Shown piece by piece: positions 34,716 through 47,074 of a stretch of 64,000 bases of DNA. Numbering within the stretch: position 1 is the stretch's first letter; the number at the start of each line of letters is the position of its first letter. A model generated the notes under the pieces. It was given only the letters and a program-made list of their open reading frames with translations. It was not told the DNA's origin and searched no databases. This DNA comes from an uncultured delta proteobacterium (lineage in GTDB: Bacteria > Myxococcota_A > Polyangia > Palsa-1104), in assembly GCA_963785725.1 (NCBI GenBank), contig CAWAWS010000022.1, positions 215,442 to 279,441 of the forward strand, read 5' to 3'. A program made the position numbers and the translations under genes.

Positions 34716-34960
34716 GATCCACCACGGGATTAAAGATGGGTCTTGGAATGCCCGGAATGTCACAGTGAAGTCACGAGAGCGTCATCACTTGCGTAGCGAG
34801 CGCTCATGGCTGGTGCGTACGAGCGACCGGTATTCTCGATTTGCAAAAGGTTGCACGCTGCCTTGGAATCGCGGGCCGTCGTCGGCGCTGGACGCGTTCA
34901 TGCGCTCGAGTGCCTGACTGCTCTGAATTCCGACGTGCGATCAGTGACGCTTACCGACCT

Positions 34961-36088
34961 CTATCCAGCAGCCGACTGCGACAATTGGTCGGGAAAGCTG
35001 AGCCGCCACAAGCGGCGCAACACTCCGCCGAGCGTACGCGGCCAACTATCGCTGCGATAGTTGACCCCATATTGCTCGCAGACGCGATGTACCTCGGGGC
35101 TGATCTCACGCAGCCGGTTGGTGGGAAGTCTTGGGAACAGGTGGTGCTCGATCTGCCGGTCGAGCGCCCCGCACAGCAGCGACAGCGCCAGCGGTACGTC
35201 GAAGTTCTGGCTAGCCTCGACCTGCATGGAGTACCACTCGCCGCGGCTGTGAGCGCGCGCGCCGTCTGGATATTGCCTAACCTCATCGCCAACGTGACCG
35301 CAGTAGATGGTTGCCGCGCTGTACAAGTTGCACATTGTGGCCGACAGCCAATTGCCCAACAGCACCTTGCCGAAGAACGGCCCTGCCAGCGCAGGCAAAA
35401 GTATGTACTCGCGCGCCAGGTGCGGGATGAGCTTGCGCAGCATTCTTCTGAACGCCCGTCGCACACTCGCGCGCGAACGGTCGGCGAGGAAGTCGAGCTT
35501 CTCCGGGCGGCCGTTGCCGAGCACCGCATCGATGACGCCGGTGACGTGGACGTTAATTCCAAACAGAAAGACTGAGGCTTCCCACAGTAACCACGGGACC
35601 TGCACGTAGTGGAACCGAGTGTGCGGAGTCAGCGTGGTCAGGCGTACCGGACCGAAGTGGATATCAGGGTCGCGGCCGCCGACGTTGGTGTATTGGTGAT
35701 GTCGCACGTTGTGGCCCACTCGCCAAGACTCCTCGTCGATGGCGGTACGCCAACGAAACGTCGAGGACGTGAAGGCCTCGGCACCGGGCAGCCCGTCGTA
35801 GGCGCCGTGCAGAACCGTGTGGCCGATCTCGGTGGTCTCGAGCTGCTTGTGCAGGAATAGGGCGACCACCCCGGCGAAGAAGCTGAATGGCTCTGGGCTG
35901 ACGTGGATGAGCGCGCGGCCGATCACTTCCAGCGTCGTCGAGGCGCGGCGTACGCGACGGATGTGGGCGACGTCCTTTGCCCCGAGCTCGGCCTGCGCGC
36001 GACGGTGAATGTCGTCGAGGGCCTTGGCAAACTGCTTCAATCGCTCTTGCTGATCACGCCGCATCGTCGCCACTGGCTCGCATCTCAT
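34961..36088 (-). CDS. Acyl-CoA/fatty acid desaturase (DesA3-like)
   Basis: EIGHTVLHG, HNVRHHQYTN, QIEHHLFP. Confidence 0.9.
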   Translation of the reverse strand: MRCEPVATMRRDQQERLKQFAKALDDIHRRAQAELGAKDVAHIRRVRRASTTLEVIGRALIHVSPEPFSFFAGVVALFLHKQLETTEIGHTVLHGAYDGLPGAEAFTSSTFRWRTAIDEESWRVGHNVRHHQYTNVGGRDPDIHFGPVRLTTLTPHTRFHYVQVPWLLWEASVFLFGINVHVTGVIDAVLGNGRPEKLDFLADRSRASVRRAFRRMLRKLIPHLAREYILLPALAGPFFGKVLLGNWLSATMCNLYSAATIYCGHVGDEVRQYPDGARAHSRGEWYSMQVEASQNFDVPLALSLLCGALDRQIEHHLFPRLPTNRLREISPEVHRVCEQYGVNYRSDSWPRTLGGVLRRLWRLSFPDQLSQSAAG

Positions 36089-36425
36089 CGTCGCTCTCTC
36101 CCCCGTCCAACTGGGATCTCACGTGGAACGTAGAGAGAAGTAGCGCTGCTTCCAGTTGCGATCAGCCTCTCGAGGCCACCTTTTACGCATTCGCAACGTC
36201 GACGACTCATTTCAATCGGCCAGTTGCGACGTCTCGAGCGCAACTGCGTTTGCGACGGTCATGCCGGGAACCGCCTCCTCAAGGTTCCCTTGGCAAGCTT
36301 CCTCGCGTCGCTGGCGCGCGATACCAGCTTGCCTCGATCGTCACCTGCACATTGAATCGGCGCCGTAACGCCCTACTGTACAAGATGCCAGGCATAGGCG
36401 TGGCGCTCCGGACGGAGACCGGCTC

Positions 36426-36816
36426 ATGTTGCTGCGCGAGTTTATTACCACCAACAACGACGAATTGATCGCGCGTTGCCAGTCGAAGGTTGCCAAGCAG
36501 CCGGCGCCGCATCCGAACCCTGGGGACCTGAAGCACGGGATTCCGCAGTTCTTGAAGCAGCTCGGTGACCGCTTGGCAGAGGGTCGCCATAATCGTGAAC
36601 CACCTGGTCGACTGTGAAGCCCATCTCCAACAACTCGTCGCCATGTTTGGCAGCCGTTTTAGCAATCTCGGAGCGAACACCAGTATTGCCATTCGCCGAT
36701 GGATCGGAAATCTTACGAACCTCCGCGGAGCCGGAGGTCTTCTCCTCGTGAAGCGAATTGCAAAGCTGTCGCAGGGGATGATTCCGCGCCTTGCGTACGG
36801 CGGGAGTCACGGATGA
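36426..36816 (+). pseudogene. RsbRD_N-like sensor domain gene with an internally inverted segment
   Basis: N-terminus on the + strand; continuation (AAKHGDELL..FTVDQVVHDYG.LCQAVTEL) on the - strand between CAGCT 36558-62 and AGCTG 36764-68. Confidence 0.75.
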
Positions 36817-37445
36817 CGAAGGTGAGCCCGAGCCAACCGTCGGAAGACGACGTCCCGTCGCACGTCGTCGGTATCGGCGCCTCAGCCGGTGGGATCGAAG
36901 CGCTGCAGTTGCTGCTCAGCCGGTTTACAGCGGACACGACGGCCTTCGTCGTGGTGATGCACTTGTTGCCGACGCACGAGAGTCATCTCCGGGCCATCCT
37001 ATCGCGAGTCACGACGATGAAGGTGGCGACAGTGGCAGACGGACAGACGCTGCGGAAAGACTGCATCTACGTGATCCCGTCTGGATTCATGATCACCATG
37101 ACGGATGACGACCGCCTACGCCTGAGTACGCTCCCATCAACATCGCCGCGCTGGACGATCGACCGCTTCTTCGAATCGTTGAGCGCGCTCGGTCGCGCCG
37201 CAGTCGGTGTCATTTTGTCCGGCAACGGCTCTGACGGCTCGCTCGGACTCGCATGGATCAAGAGCCAAGGTGGCGCGACTTTCGTGCAGGATCCCGCGAC
37301 GGCGCGCAACCCCGACATGCCGGCCAATGCACGCGCGTTTTCCGACTACTGCCTTGCACCAGACGCACTCGGTGACACGCTCATGGCCTTCATCGAGTCG
37401 CAAGTGAGCCCGCTTGAGTCCACGTCTGAGTCGTCATCGAACTGA
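36813..37445 (+). CDS. cheB: Stand-alone CheB methylesterase domain
   Basis: VVGIGASAGG, VVVMHL, ILSGNGSDG, FVQDP..MP. Confidence 0.88.
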   Translation: MTKVSPSQPSEDDVPSHVVGIGASAGGIEALQLLLSRFTADTTAFVVVMHLLPTHESHLRAILSRVTTMKVATVADGQTLRKDCIYVIPSGFMITMTDDDRLRLSTLPSTSPRWTIDRFFESLSALGRAAVGVILSGNGSDGSLGLAWIKSQGGATFVQDPATARNPDMPANARAFSDYCLAPDALGDTLMAFIESQVSPLESTSESSSN

Positions 37446-37520
37446 CTCGCGCAGAGCTCTAGATCGTCTTCGTCCGCGGCGTTCATCGGGCACGCGGAGG
37501 CGGCGCCTCGACGAGCATGG

Positions 37521-38693
37521 CTAACCGCTGCTGCTTGCCAATGTCTCGCCTCGGCACGTCCCGAGATGCGCGGGGACGACGTTCGGTAACATGAAGGAAA
37601 ACGTGCTGCCACGTCCGAGCGTGCTCTCGACCCAAATCCTCCCGCCGTGTGCCTCGACAAGGCGCCTCGCGATATAGAGGCCAAGTCCAAGTCCCCGGCA
37701 ATCGCGGCAGCGCAGTTGCGAGAATCGCTCGAAGATCGCCTGGAGCTTATCGGCTGGAATGCCCTCGCCTGTGTCCGCGACGGAGAATCGCACGTCGCAG
37801 CCTTGGGACGCGACCCGCACTGTGATTCGCCCGCCTTCTGGCGTGAACTTGAGCGCATTGCATACGAGGTTCGTCAGCACTTGAAGGATCCTCACCTGAT
37901 CGAAGATCGCCGGCAGCGAGTCCTTCGGAAGGTCCTTCGTCAAGGTGATCCCCTTGGCCGAAGCCACCGGCTCGAAGGCGTCCGCCGCCTCTCGCACCAA
38001 ACGGCGGGCGTCGCACCGGTCCGACGCGAGGATCAGCTTGCCGGCATCGAAACTCGCTAGGTCGAGCAGGTCCCCGACGAGGTGGGTCATCTGCGCTGTG
38101 GTACGCGTGATGTTGTCCGCATATCGAGTAGTCTTGGCGAGCGTCGGATCGGCGCTCGCTTGCCGACTTATCGTTGCGGCATTCAACGCAACAGCGCCCA
38201 GGAGCGAGCGCAGATCGTGGCTCACGATGGCGAGAAAGTCGTCGCGTGCAATCAGGGACTCGTCGGCGTGGATCCGTTCAACGAGCAAGCGCGCGTCGGT
38301 TTCTTGGCGTTCGCCGGCCAGCAGTCTAGCGAACGCCACCTCACGTTGCATACGCTCGGTGTCGAGCGTGGCGTCGGCTGTCGCGCGCTCCTGGCTGATC
38401 GCAGCATCCTCGCGTGGCCGCTCGGCGGTGAAGCTGTCGATAGCCCGGCAACCGCTCGTGCGAAGCCGCTCATCCTGGCGCCGGCGGGCCGCGTCCAATG
38501 TAGAGTTGGCTCGATTTCGTGCGACCTCCTCAGCCCTGTCGGCACCTTTCGCTATGGTGCTGTCCTGGCGAGCCATCTCAGTATCCGTTTTCTCGCGTTC
38601 GGCGTGAAGGCTCGCGTCCGTTGCGGCGCGTTCGACCGGCCTGTTCTTGTCTCCGTACGGCATTGCAGCCGGAGAATGCATCCGCCAAGCCAT
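37521..38693 (-). CDS. Sensor histidine kinase
   Basis: [31 protein letters not shown]. Confidence 0.9.
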   Translation of the reverse strand: MAWRMHSPAAMPYGDKNRPVERAATDASLHAEREKTDTEMARQDSTIAKGADRAEEVARNRANSTLDAARRRQDERLRTSGCRAIDSFTAERPREDAAISQERATADATLDTERMQREVAFARLLAGERQETDARLLVERIHADESLIARDDFLAIVSHDLRSLLGAVALNAATISRQASADPTLAKTTRYADNITRTTAQMTHLVGDLLDLASFDAGKLILASDRCDARRLVREAADAFEPVASAKGITLTKDLPKDSLPAIFDQVRILQVLTNLVCNALKFTPEGGRITVRVASQGCDVRFSVADTGEGIPADKLQAIFERFSQLRCRDCRGLGLGLYIARRLVEAHGGRIWVESTLGRGSTFSFMLPNVVPAHLGTCRGETLASSSG

Positions 38694-38879
38694 GAGAGCC
38701 CTGCAAGGAAGTCAACAGTGTCGATTGTGCGTACCTCAAATTCCGGCCGGAAAGTGGCACGATGATACGAGGTTGGCGTCGAGCCATTGCCGTAGATGCT
38801 GTCTCCCGGTACCCCGACCGTGGCAGGCCTCGGCTGTCGCAGATGGCGGTGTGTCCAGATTCACGTCCTTGTTCTAGAG

Positions 38880-40100
38880 ATTGCAGTGTGCGAGCTGAGC
38901 GTACCTGTCTTGTCGATGACGAGCGTCGTCACTTTCTCCAGCCGCTCGAGCGCCTCGGCGTTCTTCACGAGCACGCCCTCCCGAGCGCCGCGACCCACAC
39001 CGACCATGATGGACATAGGCGTCGCCAAGCCGAGGGCGCATGGGCAAGCAATGATGAGTACCGCAACGGCGTTGATGAGTGAGTGCGCGAGCCTTGGTTC
39101 CGGTCCGAGCCACATCCAGATGACGAACGTGAGCAGCGACGCTGCCATGACCGCCGGCACGAAGAAGCCGGCGACCTTATCGGCGAGCCCTTGGATGGGC
39201 GCGCGACTACGCTGGGCTTCGGCCACCATGCTCACGATCTGGCCCAGTAACGTATCGTTACCAACTCGCTCGGCTCGCATGACAAAGCTGCCGACTCCGT
39301 TGACCGTGCCGCCAGTGATTTTGTCGCCGATGGTTTTCTCCACTGGGAAGGGCTCGCCGGTGATCATGGATTCTTCAACGCTGGAATGACCTTCGATGAC
39401 CGTGCCGTCCACGGGTACCTTGTCACCTGGAACAACACGCAGCCGATCGCCGACTCGCTCTTGTTCGAGTGGAACCTCACGATCGCCCCCCGGCGCGATT
39501 TGCCGCGCCGTCGGCGGCGCGAGATTCAACAACGCCTTGATGGCACTGCCTGTGCGGCTCCTGGCACGGAGCTCGACCACTTGACCGAGGAGGACCAGAA
39601 CCACGACGACGCCGGCTGCCCGAAATAGATGGCGACCTTGCCCTCGTGTCGCATCGTGCTTGGGAACAGATCGGGTGTGAGCATCGCCAGGGCGCTAAAA
39701 ATGAAAGCGGCGCCGACGCCGACGGCGATCAGCGTGAACATATTCAGATGCCGCGTCAGGAGGGAGCGCGCGCCGCGACGAAAAAACGGCCACCCCGCCC
39801 ACCAGACCACTGGAGTGGTCAGCGCAAACTGCAACCAGCGCGACGCATCGCTATTCAGCCAGGGCCGCCTGCTCAGCGCCGGAATCAAGTGGGCCATCGC
39901 CAGGACGAACACGGCAACATCAGTGCAGCGCCAATCCGCAAGCGCATCGTCATGTTGCGCAACTGGGCGCCATCGTCTTCGCCGCCCACGGTCATGGTCT
40001 GCGGTTCCAGCGGCATTCCACATTTGCGGCAATCGCCGGGATGACTCTCGTGAACGTCGGGGTGCATCGGGCAGGTGTAGATTCGCTCGCTCGATGCGGG
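38880..40100 (-). pseudogene. copA: Cu(I) P1B-ATPase, frameshifted and truncated
   Basis: [32 protein letters not shown] spread over three frames; ends just after DKTGT. Confidence 0.88.
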
Positions 40101-40298
40101 GATTCCTTTGACCGCGCCGAGCCGAGCCGAGGCAAAATGGTCGCGCCCCGCCGACATCAGCGTATCGGCGCGCATTTCTTAGCCGGATAGTAGGCAATCG
40201 AGCGGCTGGACAGCGCGGTCCTCATGGTTGAGGCGGAAGGTAGGCTCCCCCGACGCCACCACAATGCGCTGCTTGACGGCATCCGCCGCTGCCCACGG

Positions 40299-42660
40299 CT
40301 ATGCTCGTTGCGACGCACGCGCGCGCGGCTGACGACCAAAGGGCTGGGTCGGTGGCTCCCGCGGGACAATGCCGGGAATCGGCCGCTCGACTGCCGTCGA
40401 TCCGGTCAAGGTGATGCTCTCCCCGTGATGCAAGAGCTCGAGCTCTCCCTCCTTATCGAGGAGTCGATACGTGGCGACCAGCGGCGTCACGCTGACGCGC
40501 AGTCGCAGACCTCGTCGCGCGATGATGAAGGATAGGCTAGTCAAGCCCTCCGGCAGCCGCGGCGCAAACGTCAGGATACCGCTGTGATCTCGCATCCCAC
40601 CGAAGCCGGCGACGATGGCGATCCAGGTGCCGGCCAGCGCGGCGATGTGCAGCCCATCGCAAGTATTGTGCTCGAAATCGAGCAGATCGATCAGCGCCGC
40701 TTCGGCGACATAATCCAGCGCCAGCCGCAAGTGTCCAACCTCCGCCGCGAGAACCGCCTGGGTCGAGGCCGACAGAGACGAGTCGCGGACGGTGATCCGC
40801 TCGTAGTATTCGAAGTTGCGAGCCTTCTCCTCGTCCGTGAAAGCGTCCCCGCGGAGTTGCATCGCCAGCACCAGATCCGCCTGTTTGACGACCTGTTTTC
40901 GGTAGAGGTCAAAATAGGGAAAATGAAGCATTAGCGGATACTCGTCTTCCTTCGTCGCCGCGAAGTTCCAGACTTGATGTGCCGTGAAGTTTTCGGATTG
41001 CTGGTGCACGCCGAGCTCTCGGTCGCGCGGAATGAAGACGTGCCCGGCGGCGGCGCGCCAGAGCGCGGTCTCTCCGGTCGTCACGCCGAGCTGTCGCGCC
41101 TTGTCTAGGTGCCGCTGGCAAGCGTTGGCGGCGCCCACGAGGTTCTGTTGCGCCATGAGGTTCGTGTAGACGTTGTTATCGGCGAGCGCCCCGTAGTCAT
41201 CGGGTCCGGTGACCCCGTCGATGCGAAACGCCCCGTCCGCATCGTGATGTCCGAGGCTCAGCCACAGCCGCGCGGTCTCGACGAGCAGCTCGACGCCGAC
41301 CTCGCGCTCGAACTGCTGGTCACCGGTCGCCTCCACAAAGCGGATGACGGCGCCAGCGATATCGGCGTTGACGTGAAAAGCCGCGACTCCCGCCGGCCAA
41401 TAGCCCGAGCACTCTTCCCCATGAATGGTACGCCAGGCGAAAGCTGCCCCCGCGAGGCCCAGCTCGCGAGCCCGGGCGCGTGCAGTAGCGAGCGTCCGAT
41501 GACGCCACACGAGGGCATTGGCGCCCGCCGCCGGCGCCGTGTACGTGAGCATGGGAAGGACGAACGTCTCGCTGTCCCAGAAGGTATGGCCGTCGTAGCC
41601 CGTGCCGGTCAGCCCTTTGGCAGGGATCGCGCGGCGCTCCGCCCGAGCCGCGGACGAGAGCACGTGAAAGAGCGCGAATCGAACGGCCTGCTGAAGATCT
41701 GCGTCGCCTTCGATCTCGACATCGGCGCGAGCCCAGAAGTCATCGAGGTAACGACGTTGCTCGTCGAGGATCCCCTCCCAGGTGCTAAGACGCGCCGCCT
41801 CCAGCGCCGCGGCGACCTGATCTCGTAGCGCAGGCACGGTGCGGTCGCTCGACCAGCCATACGCGACCAGCTTCGTCAGCCGCAGCCGCTGGCCCGGCTG
41901 GAGCACGTCGGCGACCGAGACTCGAGCAGTGTCGCGTGCCGCTTCGGAGCTGACGTGCAGTCGCGGCGAGCCGCTGATCGAGTGGCACATCGCGCTCGCG
42001 ACGCGCAATCCGCTCCGCTTGGTCCGGTGCACCAACAGGGCCGTCGCGTCGGAGCACGAGTGCTCCTCCGAGCTCAGGGCCGCTTCGAGAACTGCCGCTT
42101 GACGCGGACCGGCACGGGTCGTCGGCAAATGCTCGTTCGCGACCAACTCCGACTGCACGACGACGCTCACCGGACCGTCGACCGGCTCGACCTCGTAGCG
42201 AATGGCCAAGAATCGCGCGTTGGGTGAACGAGACGACACGTGTCGAAGTCACGCGCACCGTGCGCCCGGCCGGCGAGGTCCAGGTCGCGGTTCGCTGCAA
42301 CGTCCCCGCGCGAAAGTCGAGCACGCGCTCATGAGCCCGCAGATCTCCGTAGCGCACGTCGAACGGCTCATCGTCGACCAGCAGCCGCAACAATTTCCCA
42401 TTGGTCACGTTCTGGACGGTCTGACTCGACTTCGGAAATCCATAGCCAGGCTCGGCATAGGGGAGCGGACGAGACTCGTAAAAGCCGCTCAGGTAGGTGC
42501 CCGGCGTCCCATGCGGCTCGCCTTCATCGAGATTGCCGCGAACGCCAACGTGTCCGTTCGAGAGCGCGAACAGCGACTCGGTTTGCGCCAGCACGTCGAG
42601 ATGCAGCTCCGTCTCGTGAAGCGCCCACGGCTCTACCCGAAATGCCGGGTGGCGGATCAT
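40299..42660 (-). pseudogene. GH65 trehalose/maltose phosphorylase family, frameshift near 42205
   Basis: ESLFALSNGHVGVRG; KGLTGTGYDGHTFWD; VVKQAD; DSSLS. Confidence 0.88.
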
Positions 42661-42952
42661 CCTCGGCCCGCCAATGAGGTCAGAGGCATGGCGAACCCGA
42701 TGACGCGAAAACGAAACGCCCGTCTCTGCGCAGCTCTGATAGACATAGTCGACACACACATTCCCTGAACGCCGCCGGTTCTGTGGAATCCGTGCAAGCG
42801 CGAGTCCCAGCGACAATTGCAAGAGCGTGCGAGCGCCCGCACGCTTTGGGCGATTGGCCATACCCGCTACGCCAAACGACGTAAGGTTCGGGCTCGACCT
42901 TGCGGCTCGATCGAGTCTCTCTACTTTCTCTCAGCAGGAAGGCAAGGTGAGC

Positions 42953-43771
42953 ATGCTGCGTTCGCTTAAGAGCCTCGAGTCTTATCACGTCACAGCCACC
43001 GATGGTGACGTGGGGATGGTCGTCAACTTCCTCTTCGACGATCACCATTGGACGATTCGCTATCTGGTGGTCGATACGGGTGGCTTTTGGAAAGGACCCC
43101 ATCGGGTCCTCATCTCCCCTATCGCGTTTCGAAACGTCGATTGGTCGAGTCGCCGCTTTCATCTCGCGCTCGATCGGGAAAAAGTGGCGCACAGTCCGAC
43201 CGTCGACGTCGATCGACCGGTGTCGGAACAATTCGAGCAGGAATACCACCGCTATTACGGATGGTCGCCCTATTGGGGAATCGGTCCGAGCTGGGGGTTC
43301 GGGACTTATCCTGGAGCGCTCGCGGGCAGCACCTGGAAAAAAGAGCAAGAGTTTACGGTTGACCCCAAAGCGGACTCCCATCTGCGCAGCGCCCGAACCG
43401 TCACGGGCTATGCGGTCGATGGCGGAGACGACGTACTGGGACACATCGCAGACTTCATCGTCGACGACGAGACCTGGGCCGTGCGCTATCTGGTGGTCGA
43501 TACGCAGACGTGGTGGTCGGGCAAGAAGGTCCTCGTCTCGCCGCAATGGGCGCGCGAGATCAGCTGGAAGGACGAGGCCATTCGTACGGACATTCCGCGT
43601 CAGGTTTTGAAGAACAGTCCCGAATGGAACGCCCACCAGCCGGTCAATCGAGAATACGAGGTTCGTCTGTATGACTATTACGGCCGGCCAACCTATTGGC
43701 TGGACACCGCCAAGCCCGGAACGCGCGCGCCCGATGCGCAATTCTCCAACGAGAGACACTCCCATCCTTGA
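42953..43771 (+). CDS. Double PRC-barrel domain protein
   Basis: Two repeats of DG..G..DF..DD..W.IRYLVVDT. Confidence 0.88.
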   Translation: MLRSLKSLESYHVTATDGDVGMVVNFLFDDHHWTIRYLVVDTGGFWKGPHRVLISPIAFRNVDWSSRRFHLALDREKVAHSPTVDVDRPVSEQFEQEYHRYYGWSPYWGIGPSWGFGTYPGALAGSTWKKEQEFTVDPKADSHLRSARTVTGYAVDGGDDVLGHIADFIVDDETWAVRYLVVDTQTWWSGKKVLVSPQWAREISWKDEAIRTDIPRQVLKNSPEWNAHQPVNREYEVRLYDYYGRPTYWLDTAKPGTRAPDAQFSNERHSHP

Positions 43772-43834
43772 CGGCGCGAGCTGCCCTTCCTTAGGAGCCG
43801 CTGCGGGATCCCAACCCGCTGGAGGCAAATCAAC

Positions 43835-44689
43835 ATGGATTACCGAAAGACATTCCTCGTCGAGCCGGGCGCAAAAGTGAAGCTCGCCGACTTCGATCCC
43901 GGGCTGACGCCCAAGCACGAGCACAAGAAGGCGGCGCTCGACGAAGTCAGCAGGTGCCTGCAGACGCTCGACCAGCTGCAGCTCATTCTTTACGCCGAGC
44001 ATAAACACGCGCTTCTGATCGTGCTGCAGGGCCTCGACGCGGCCGGCAAGGACGGCACGGTTCGGCACGTGCTGACAGGAATGAATCCCGAAGGCTGTCG
44101 CGTGACCAACTTCAAACAGCCTACCCAACAAGAGCGCGATCACGACTTCCTCTGGCGCGTACACCCGCATACTCCGGCGCGTGGCGAAGTGGCGATCTTC
44201 AATCGCTCGCACTATGAGGATGTGCTGGTCGTGCGTGTCCACGACCTCGTGCCGAGGAGCGTCTGGTCCAAGCGCTTCGATCTCATCAATGACTTCGAGC
44301 GGAACCTCTACGTCGAAAACGACACCACGATCGTGAAGTTCTTTCTGCATATCTCCAAAGAGGAACAGCTGGCGCGCTTCGCCAAACGCCTCGACGATCC
44401 CCAACGGCAATGGAAGATCAGCGAGGGCGATTACCGGGAGCGCGAATATTGGGACGCTTACATGGCTGCGTTCGAAGACGTGTTGCATAAGACCTCGACC
44501 GCTCACGCGCCTTGGTTCGTCATTCCTTCGAATCACAAGTGGTTCCGAAACCTGGCGATCTCGCGCATCCTCGTCGAAACGCTGGAGGCCATGCGCATCG
44601 AGCTGCCCAAACCGACCGTCGATCTCGACCTCATTCGCCGAAAGTTTCACCAAGCGACAGCAGAAGCAGGCGAGACGGACCGGATATGA
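43835..44689 (+). CDS. ppk2: Polyphosphate kinase 2 family
   Basis: QGLDAAGKDG, HDFLWR, FNRSHYEDVL, PWFVIPSNHKW. Confidence 0.95.
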   Translation: MDYRKTFLVEPGAKVKLADFDPGLTPKHEHKKAALDEVSRCLQTLDQLQLILYAEHKHALLIVLQGLDAAGKDGTVRHVLTGMNPEGCRVTNFKQPTQQERDHDFLWRVHPHTPARGEVAIFNRSHYEDVLVVRVHDLVPRSVWSKRFDLINDFERNLYVENDTTIVKFFLHISKEEQLARFAKRLDDPQRQWKISEGDYREREYWDAYMAAFEDVLHKTSTAHAPWFVIPSNHKWFRNLAISRILVETLEAMRIELPKPTVDLDLIRRKFHQATAEAGETDRI

Positions 44690-44719
44690 TTCCGGCCGCC
44701 CTCGCCTCGCCAATTGGCG

Positions 44720-45241
44720 CTATTCGCGACGACGGTCGATCGTCGCCTTCTCTTCGTCCTCATGTAACTGATGACTGTGTCGATGAGCAAAGGCCCGCAG
44801 CGTGGGGTGGGTGCCGCTCACCGCCTCGGTCTGAAACAGCTCGACCTCTTCGGCGAGGTTGAGGCGCTGTTGATCGAGAAAGGCACGATCGAATTCACGC
44901 CCCGACAACATCTGCAGCTGCAGATAACGCGGCTGGTCCGATGGAGGCTTCGGTGCGGGCAGTGCCAGGTGCTCGCGCTCCTTCAGACGGCTGAGCTCGA
45001 AGCCCAGCTCGTGACGTTCTTCCACCAGTTGTCATCCAATCGATCGCACCGCCGCGCTGTCGTCTCGATCTTCCGCCAACAGGCCGAGCTGCCGCCGGGC
45101 GGACGTCGTGGCGGCTGCTGCCTGAGCGAACCTTTGATCGGTCAGCGACAGCCGCCTCAGCGCGCTTTGGTCCTCTGGTCGAGCGGGCATCGGGGTTCCC
45201 GGCCAAACCTGGGCCCATGCGCTGCCAGCTCGGATGCACAC
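44720..45241 (-). pseudogene. DUF4142-like protein with in-frame TGA at 45032-45034
   Basis: LSLTDQRFA..LSGREFDRAFL..LRAFA; the two ORFs share one frame. Confidence 0.65.
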
Positions 45242-45751
45242 GTCGCGCCGAAGAGCCGCTCAAGCGGCTGCCTCTGAAGCAGGCCAGGTGCGATTGCAAA
45301 GTGCTGCCGTATCGGGAAGCGCTAGATATTCTTACGAGCTCACCAGGGCAACCAAGCGCTCCAGGGTGAGAGTCGCAGTCGGTCGTGGAGGATTCGGGAC
45401 CGAAACTCGAGCTCGCAGAACAGCAGATCACGCCGCGTTTGCGCACGCGCATACCCGCCGGCCAGCGCGTCGAGCCACAGCGCCAGCGGGTCGTATTCTC
45501 GAGCGCGCTCGGCCAAGCGTCGCCGAAGTCGCTTCATCCGCTCCTCGCCGAGCTGGACGAGCGCATCGAAGCGTGAGCCGGCCTCTGTCGCTCCGCCCGG
45601 CTGATGACGAGCGGCCTGCGGCAGCTCGCCGAGAGCGCAGCTCGTCCTCGCCTTTTCGACGTTCGGGCGATCAGCACGCCATCGGGCATTGCTTTGCTCG
45701 TTTGGCCGAATTGTGGGTCTCATCGCCATGTGGTCGCTCGATAAATGGCGC

Positions 45752-46201
45752 TCAAGCCGCGCGCGCCAGCGGCAAATAGACGAGCAGCAGACGATCGATG
45801 CTGTCGATGCAGCGGAGCCCACCCCCGTGCGCTTCGACGACGTCGCGCGCGTGCTCGATCGAGTGCGAATTGCTCTCGTGCAAGCTACCGGCGAGGATGT
45901 GCTGGGACTCGCGAGTGGTCTCGCAGGCGTCGCGCTCTTCGTCTTGCAGCTCGACGAACACTCCCATTCCGATTTCGCCCACGGTCACACGAACGACCCC
46001 GCACGGGGTATTGTGCGCCAGCGCGTTGGCCAGCAAGTCGAGGAATGCCCGCTGCAACACCCGCCGATCCCCGGCCACGATCGGATTCGCGAGCATGCGA
46101 AGACGCAGGCGCCCGCCCGCCTCGAGCGCAGCGACCAGCTCTTCCATGAGCTGCCCGATCTGCACCGCTTCGTCGGTCCCTCGTAATTCGGTACGAAGCA
46201 T
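45752..46201 (-). pseudogene. Degenerate HATPase_c (kinase C-terminal) region
   Basis: GDRRVLQRAFLDLLANAL..HT, ARDVVEAHGG; G boxes degraded. Confidence 0.55.
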
Positions 46202-46364
46202 CTCGAAGCCTCCCTCGTGTGTTCAACCTTCGCACGGGGGGAGTCTTGCACGCGCTCAGGTAGACGACGTATTTCACCGCGGCGCCTACCGAGAAGGGCT
46301 GAGGCGCAGCCACCGAGACTTCGAGGCGAGCGACCCGTCGCCGCCGCGAGTCCCCGAGCCGACG

Positions 46365-47074
46365 TCAAAATCGGCGAATCCGCAACTCGGCGTTCGTGGC
46401 TCCGTCGGTGCCAGCCGGGGCGGTGGTGATGAATAGCGCGGTTGGGTCCTGGGTCGCGATGGACGTCAAGTCTCCGTCGACGGCGACACCGACGGCAGGC
46501 TCGTTCGCGTCCACCGGTCCGTGGACAATCGGCGCCGAGTCCCACTGAGGAGGAGACATCCCGCAGCGACCGCAGACGAGGCTCGATTGACCGTCGATCA
46601 GCATATGACCGCACTGGTGGCAGCTCCAGGCTTGCTTCGTGGCCTGCTTCTCGCGCTCGTGCGACGGAACGATCAAAATTGGAACGCCGCTGCGGCGCGC
46701 CACCGACTCCGACACGCTGCCGAGCAAGACGCGCGGAAGGCCCGTGCGGCCATGGCTACCGACGACGACCATCTTGGGCTGCAGCTCTTCGATCGCCTCG
46801 AGGAGCCCGAAGACGACGCTCTCCTGACGTAAGTGCGTCTCGGCTTCGATTCCGGCCGCCTGGGCGCGCGCCCGCAGAATCGCCAGCTCGCGGTTCGCGT
46901 CTTCGACATAATCCGGTGCTACTTTGTTCTCCTCCGCTTCGAATGGAACGCGCGGGCACACGTGTACGATGTCCAGAGGACGTTCATCCGCTGAGCGAGC
47001 TCGATTGCGGCATCCATCGCCCGCAGTGAAGTCGCGCCGAAATCCACAGCCACCATAATGTTCTGATTGCTCAT
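46365..47074 (-). pseudogene. Universal stress protein + rubredoxin-like CxxC..CxxC tail (frameshift near 46980)
   Basis: NIMVAVDFGATS; VVGSHGRTGL..LLGSVSE; WSCHQCG..CGRCG. Confidence 0.8.

Noticed and set aside
42680..44713. 677-aa minus-strand ORF
   Set aside because: Antisense to the PRC-barrel and ppk2 genes.
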